Shown piece by piece: positions 60,627-64,000 of a stretch of 64,000 nucleotides of DNA. The stretch is taken from assembly GCF_004765795.1 (NCBI RefSeq), contig NZ_SBIV01000006.1, positions 1 to 64,000 on the forward strand, read 5' to 3'. How positions within the stretch are numbered: the stretch's first letter is position 1; each line of letters starts with the position of its first letter. Below the pieces are notes generated by a model, which was not told the DNA's origin, made no database searches, and saw only the letters and a program-made list of their open reading frames with translations. Both the position numbers and the translations under genes were made by a program. The DNA comes from Halorussus marinus (lineage in GTDB: Archaea > Halobacteriota > Halobacteria > Halobacteriales > Haladaptataceae).

Positions 60627-61997
60627 TCAGGCCGAGTACTCGTCCTCGCGGAACTGGACGTACTTGCCGCCCCGGTACTTTCGCTTGGTGGTCTTGTACT
60701 TGGTGACCAGCTTCGCGCCGGTCAGCCCCGAGGAGAGCTTCCAGTCGAGGAGTTTGCCCTCGCTCTCGTCGGCGAGGATGTCGCTGGCGACCGCGAACGT
60801 CCGGTCCCAGTCGTCGGGGCCGTAGTCGGCGACGATGTCGGCGAACGCGACGTTCCGGAGTATCTCGTCGCCGATCGCGTCCTTCCAGCGGTCGTTGTAG
60901 CCGTCGAGTCGGCCCTTGCCGGCGAGTTCGCCCGCGATGGCGCCGGTGCGGGCCGCGACGTGGTACCCGCCCTCGTGAAACGCCGAGGTGGTCCCCATCG
61001 CGCCGCCGACCACCGCGACGTTGGCGTCGACCGGCGAGTCGATCGGCCGGGTCGAGGAGATCGGGTAAGTCTCGGTGCCGCCGGTCTTGCCCCGGTCCTC
61101 GACGCGAGGGAACTCCGAGAGGTCGTACTCGTCGCCGTACTCGCGTTCGAGCAGGCGGTCGATGTACTCGTTCGGTCGCGGGAGCGCCTCGTCGTCGTCC
61201 CGGAGCAGGTCGTACCCCGCCGGGTCGTCGACGTCGTCGAGGCGCATCCCGATCGGCATCGTGAGCCCGACACGGGCGACCGTCCCGTCGTTCGGGAACA
61301 CCCACGGGTAGGCGGTCTCGCCGGGCATCACGCCCCACCAGAACTTGAGCGCGTCGGGGTCGAACAGCTCCTCGGGGAACTCCCGGTACTCCTGGTAGGC
61401 GATGTGGTTGGCGGTGTCGGGCGACAGCACCTCCGAGATCGGGCGGTCGGCCGGGCTGAACCGGTCGAGGACCCGCATCGTGACCTGTCGCTGGGGGCCG
61501 TCTGCGAGCACGAGGTAGTCGGCCTCGATCGCCTCGCCCGACGAGAGCGCCAGTGTGTGGGTCGGCGCGCCGGTCAGGTCGGTCTCGACGTCGGTCACGC
61601 TGGTCCCGACCCGGTACTCGGCGCCAGCGGCCTCGGCGCGGTCGCGGAACCAGTCGTCCATCCGGGCGCGGTGGAAGGTGAACCCGAAGCCGTCGTACGA
61701 GGACTCGATGCCGGTGGCCCCGAGGACACACGACTCGGTCGGGCCGTAGAACTCCGTCCGGTCGAGTTCCCGGAGCACCACGTCGTCTGGGATCTCCTCG
61801 AAGGGGACGTCGAGGATGTCCACCCAGTAGTCGAGCATGCCGGCGGCGTCGGTCGAGTCCGGTCCCAGCGCCTCGCGGTCGGCGCGCGGGACGCCCTTCT
61901 CGACGAGGAGGGTCTGGGCCCCCTGTTCGGCGGCACAGCGGGCGGCGGAGGTCCCCGCGGGACCGCCGCCGACGATGGCGACGTCGACTCGCTTCAT
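60627..61997 (-). CDS. Geranylgeranyl-reductase-like FAD oxidoreductase
   Basis: IVGGGPAG, LADG, YPWVFP. Confidence 0.85.
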   Translation of the reverse strand: MKRVDVAIVGGGPAGTSAARCAAEQGAQTLLVEKGVPRADREALGPDSTDAAGMLDYWVDILDVPFEEIPDDVVLRELDRTEFYGPTESCVLGATGIESSYDGFGFTFHRARMDDWFRDRAEAAGAEYRVGTSVTDVETDLTGAPTHTLALSSGEAIEADYLVLADGPQRQVTMRVLDRFSPADRPISEVLSPDTANHIAYQEYREFPEELFDPDALKFWWGVMPGETAYPWVFPNDGTVARVGLTMPIGMRLDDVDDPAGYDLLRDDDEALPRPNEYIDRLLEREYGDEYDLSEFPRVEDRGKTGGTETYPISSTRPIDSPVDANVAVVGGAMGTTSAFHEGGYHVAARTGAIAGELAGKGRLDGYNDRWKDAIGDEILRNVAFADIVADYGPDDWDRTFAVASDILADESEGKLLDWKLSSGLTGAKLVTKYKTTKRKYRGGKYVQFREDEYSA

Positions 61998-62198
61998 ACG
62001 ACTACGGTTCCGCGCGGGGTATTAAATGCTTGACCTTCCCAATCCGTGAGACCTTCCGGCGCCGCGTTCGGCGACCGGCGCCGGAGTCGGCGGGGCGTTC
62101 CCGTTCGCGACCGCTCTCCGTCCGGACACGTCGCGGCGTCTCGGGTCCGACTGTTTCGAACCGAAATACTGATACTTCGATCGTCGCTGGTACGAGCC

Positions 62199-63395
62199 GT
62201 GAAAGCAATTGTCAACGGAACGGTCCACACTCTCACGGAGGCAGGGACCGTCGAGGACGGTGCGGTCCTGTTCGAGGACGGCGAGATCGTCGCGGCCGGC
62301 GCAGACGTGGACGTGCCCGACGACGCCGAGGTCGTAGACGCCGGCGGGCGCCACGTCACGCCCGGCCTCGTCGAGGCCCACAGCCACGCCGGGATGGGCG
62401 AGTGGGGCGAACCCGAGGACGGCGACGTCAACGAGGGGACCGACCCGATCACGCCCCACGTCAACGCGCTGGACGGCTTCCACCCCCGCGACGAGGAACT
62501 CCAGCACGCGTTTCAGGGCGGGGTGACGACCGTCAGCGCCCGGATGGGGAGCGGGAACGTCGTCGGCGGGATCATCTGCTCGATGAAGACCTACGGCGAC
62601 GTGGCCGACGAGATGCTCGTTCGCGAGGACGGGATGAAGGCCGCGATGGGCGAGAACCCAAAGCGGTTCCACGGCGAGCAAAAAGACCGGGAACCGGTCA
62701 CCCGGCCGGGCATCGCCGCCAAGCTCCGTCAGGCGCTGATGGACGCCGAAGACTACGTCGAGCGCCGCGCGAACGCCCGCGAGGAAGGCGAGCCGTTCGA
62801 CCGCGACCTCGGGATGGAGAACCTCGCCCGCGTCGTCGAGGGCGACCTCCCGCTTCGGGTCCACGCCCACCGCGCCGACGACATCGCCACCGTGTTCCGG
62901 ATCGCCGACGAGTTCGGCATCGAGGACCTCTCGATCGAACACGCCACCGAGGGCCACGTCCTCGCCGAGGAGTTCGCCGCTCGGGACGTGCCCGCGGTCG
63001 TCGGGCCGTCGATCTCGTCGGCGAGCAAGTACGAACTCCGAAACATCACCTTCGAGACGCCCGGCATCCTCCACGAGGCCGGCGTGAAAGTCGCGATCCA
63101 GACCGACGCGCCGGTGCTCCCCCAGGAGCACCTCGACGTCTGCGTCGGGCTGGCGGTCCGCGAGGGGCTCCCCGCCGAGGACGCGCTGGCGACCGTCACT
63201 CGCAACCCCGCCGAGATTCTGGGCATCGACGACCGAGTCGGCACGCTCGAAGCCGGCACCGACGCCGACGTCGTCGTCTGGGACGGCCCGATGTTCGATC
63301 TCGACTCGGACGCCCGACAGGTGTTCCTCGAAGGCGACCTGATCTACGACAGCGAGCGCGACGACGTCGACCCGCGCGAAGAGTACGCCTGGTAG
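62199..63395 (+). CDS. Amidohydrolase family protein
   Basis: PGLVEAHSH, KAAMGENPK, HAHRADDI, TDAP, NPAEILG. Confidence 0.92.
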   Translation: MKAIVNGTVHTLTEAGTVEDGAVLFEDGEIVAAGADVDVPDDAEVVDAGGRHVTPGLVEAHSHAGMGEWGEPEDGDVNEGTDPITPHVNALDGFHPRDEELQHAFQGGVTTVSARMGSGNVVGGIICSMKTYGDVADEMLVREDGMKAAMGENPKRFHGEQKDREPVTRPGIAAKLRQALMDAEDYVERRANAREEGEPFDRDLGMENLARVVEGDLPLRVHAHRADDIATVFRIADEFGIEDLSIEHATEGHVLAEEFAARDVPAVVGPSISSASKYELRNITFETPGILHEAGVKVAIQTDAPVLPQEHLDVCVGLAVREGLPAEDALATVTRNPAEILGIDDRVGTLEAGTDADVVVWDGPMFDLDSDARQVFLEGDLIYDSERDDVDPREEYAW

Positions 63396-63403
63396 CCGCC
63401 GGG

Positions 63404-64000
63404 TCACTCGACGCCGGTGATTTCGAACCGCGCGCCGCCGTCGGCCCCCTCGGTCACGCTGACGCTCCAGCCGTGGGCCTCGGCGACGTCCTCGACGATC
63501 GCGAGCCCGAAGCCCGTTCCGTCTCGGGCGGTCGAGAACCCGAACTCGAACGCGGCCTCGCGGTCGTCGGCCGGGATGCCCTCGCCGTCGTCTTCGACGT
63601 AGAAGCCGTCGCCGAGGTCGCCGATCGTGATCGCCACGCCGTCACCGCCCCGCTCGGGGGCGTCCTCGGGGCCCTCCGGGCGCCGTTCGTCCGTACCCCC
63701 GTGCTCGACCGCGTTCCGGACGAGGTTTTCGAGCAGTTGCTTGAGCCGGCCCCGGTCGGCCCGGACGGTCCGGTCGGTCTCGATCGAGAGCGTCGCGTCG
63801 GCCGTGTCGACGGTCCGCCAGCTCGCCTCGGCGAGGTCGGCGACCTCGATCGGCTCGGGGTCGGTCGCCGCCTCGCCCTCCCGGGCCAGCGTCAACAGAT
63901 CCTCGACGAGCGACTCCATCCGGTCGAGCGACCGCGCGACCGCGTCGAGGTGGTCGCTGTCACAGCTCTCGGTCGCGACTTCGAGTCGCCCCTGCGCGAC
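63404..64000 (-). CDS. Sensor histidine kinase, C-terminal part (runs off the window)
   Basis: LLENLVRNAVEHG, VEDDGEG, GTGFGLAIV, GGARF. Confidence 0.93.
   Translation of the reverse strand, partial: VAQGRLEVATESCDSDHLDAVARSLDRMESLVEDLLTLAREGEAATDPEPIEVADLAEASWRTVDTADATLSIETDRTVRADRGRLKQLLENLVRNAVEHGGTDERRPEGPEDAPERGGDGVAITIGDLGDGFYVEDDGEGIPADDREAAFEFGFSTARDGTGFGLAIVEDVAEAHGWSVSVTEGADGGARFEITGVE

Overview
GC-rich haloarchaeal (Halobacteria) chromosomal window: acidic proteins, leaderless TATA promoters, rps17e, RFC large subunit, cofD and tRNA-Glu. Most of it is housekeeping: malic enzyme, amino-acid ABC transporter, YchF, sucCD, cofD operon, asd, beta-oxidation genes and amidohydrolases. 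There are two accessory regions. (1) A surface island at about 1-9500: beta-helix protein, ArnT/PMT-like glycosyltransferase, virus-tail-like protein, PGF-CTERM S-layer-type glycoprotein and a decayed integrase. (2) A ~10.56 kb integrated element (30501-41077) inserted exactly into the first codons of sucC. The old sucC promoter and ATG remain at attL pointing into the integrase, and the element supplies a replacement sucC start at attR. The element encodes a tyrosine integrase, a HUH rolling-circle Rep and a compact TGT/DpdA-like transglycosylase, but no recognisable capsid or conjugation genes. Read by eye it has no GATC or CTAG except inside a later IS630 insertion. It is the best candidate for an undescribed system: a satellite/plasmid-like element with a possible 7-deazaguanine DNA-modifying enzyme that may act as a switch on a TCA-cycle operon. 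All calls come from reading motifs by eye; no searches were run.
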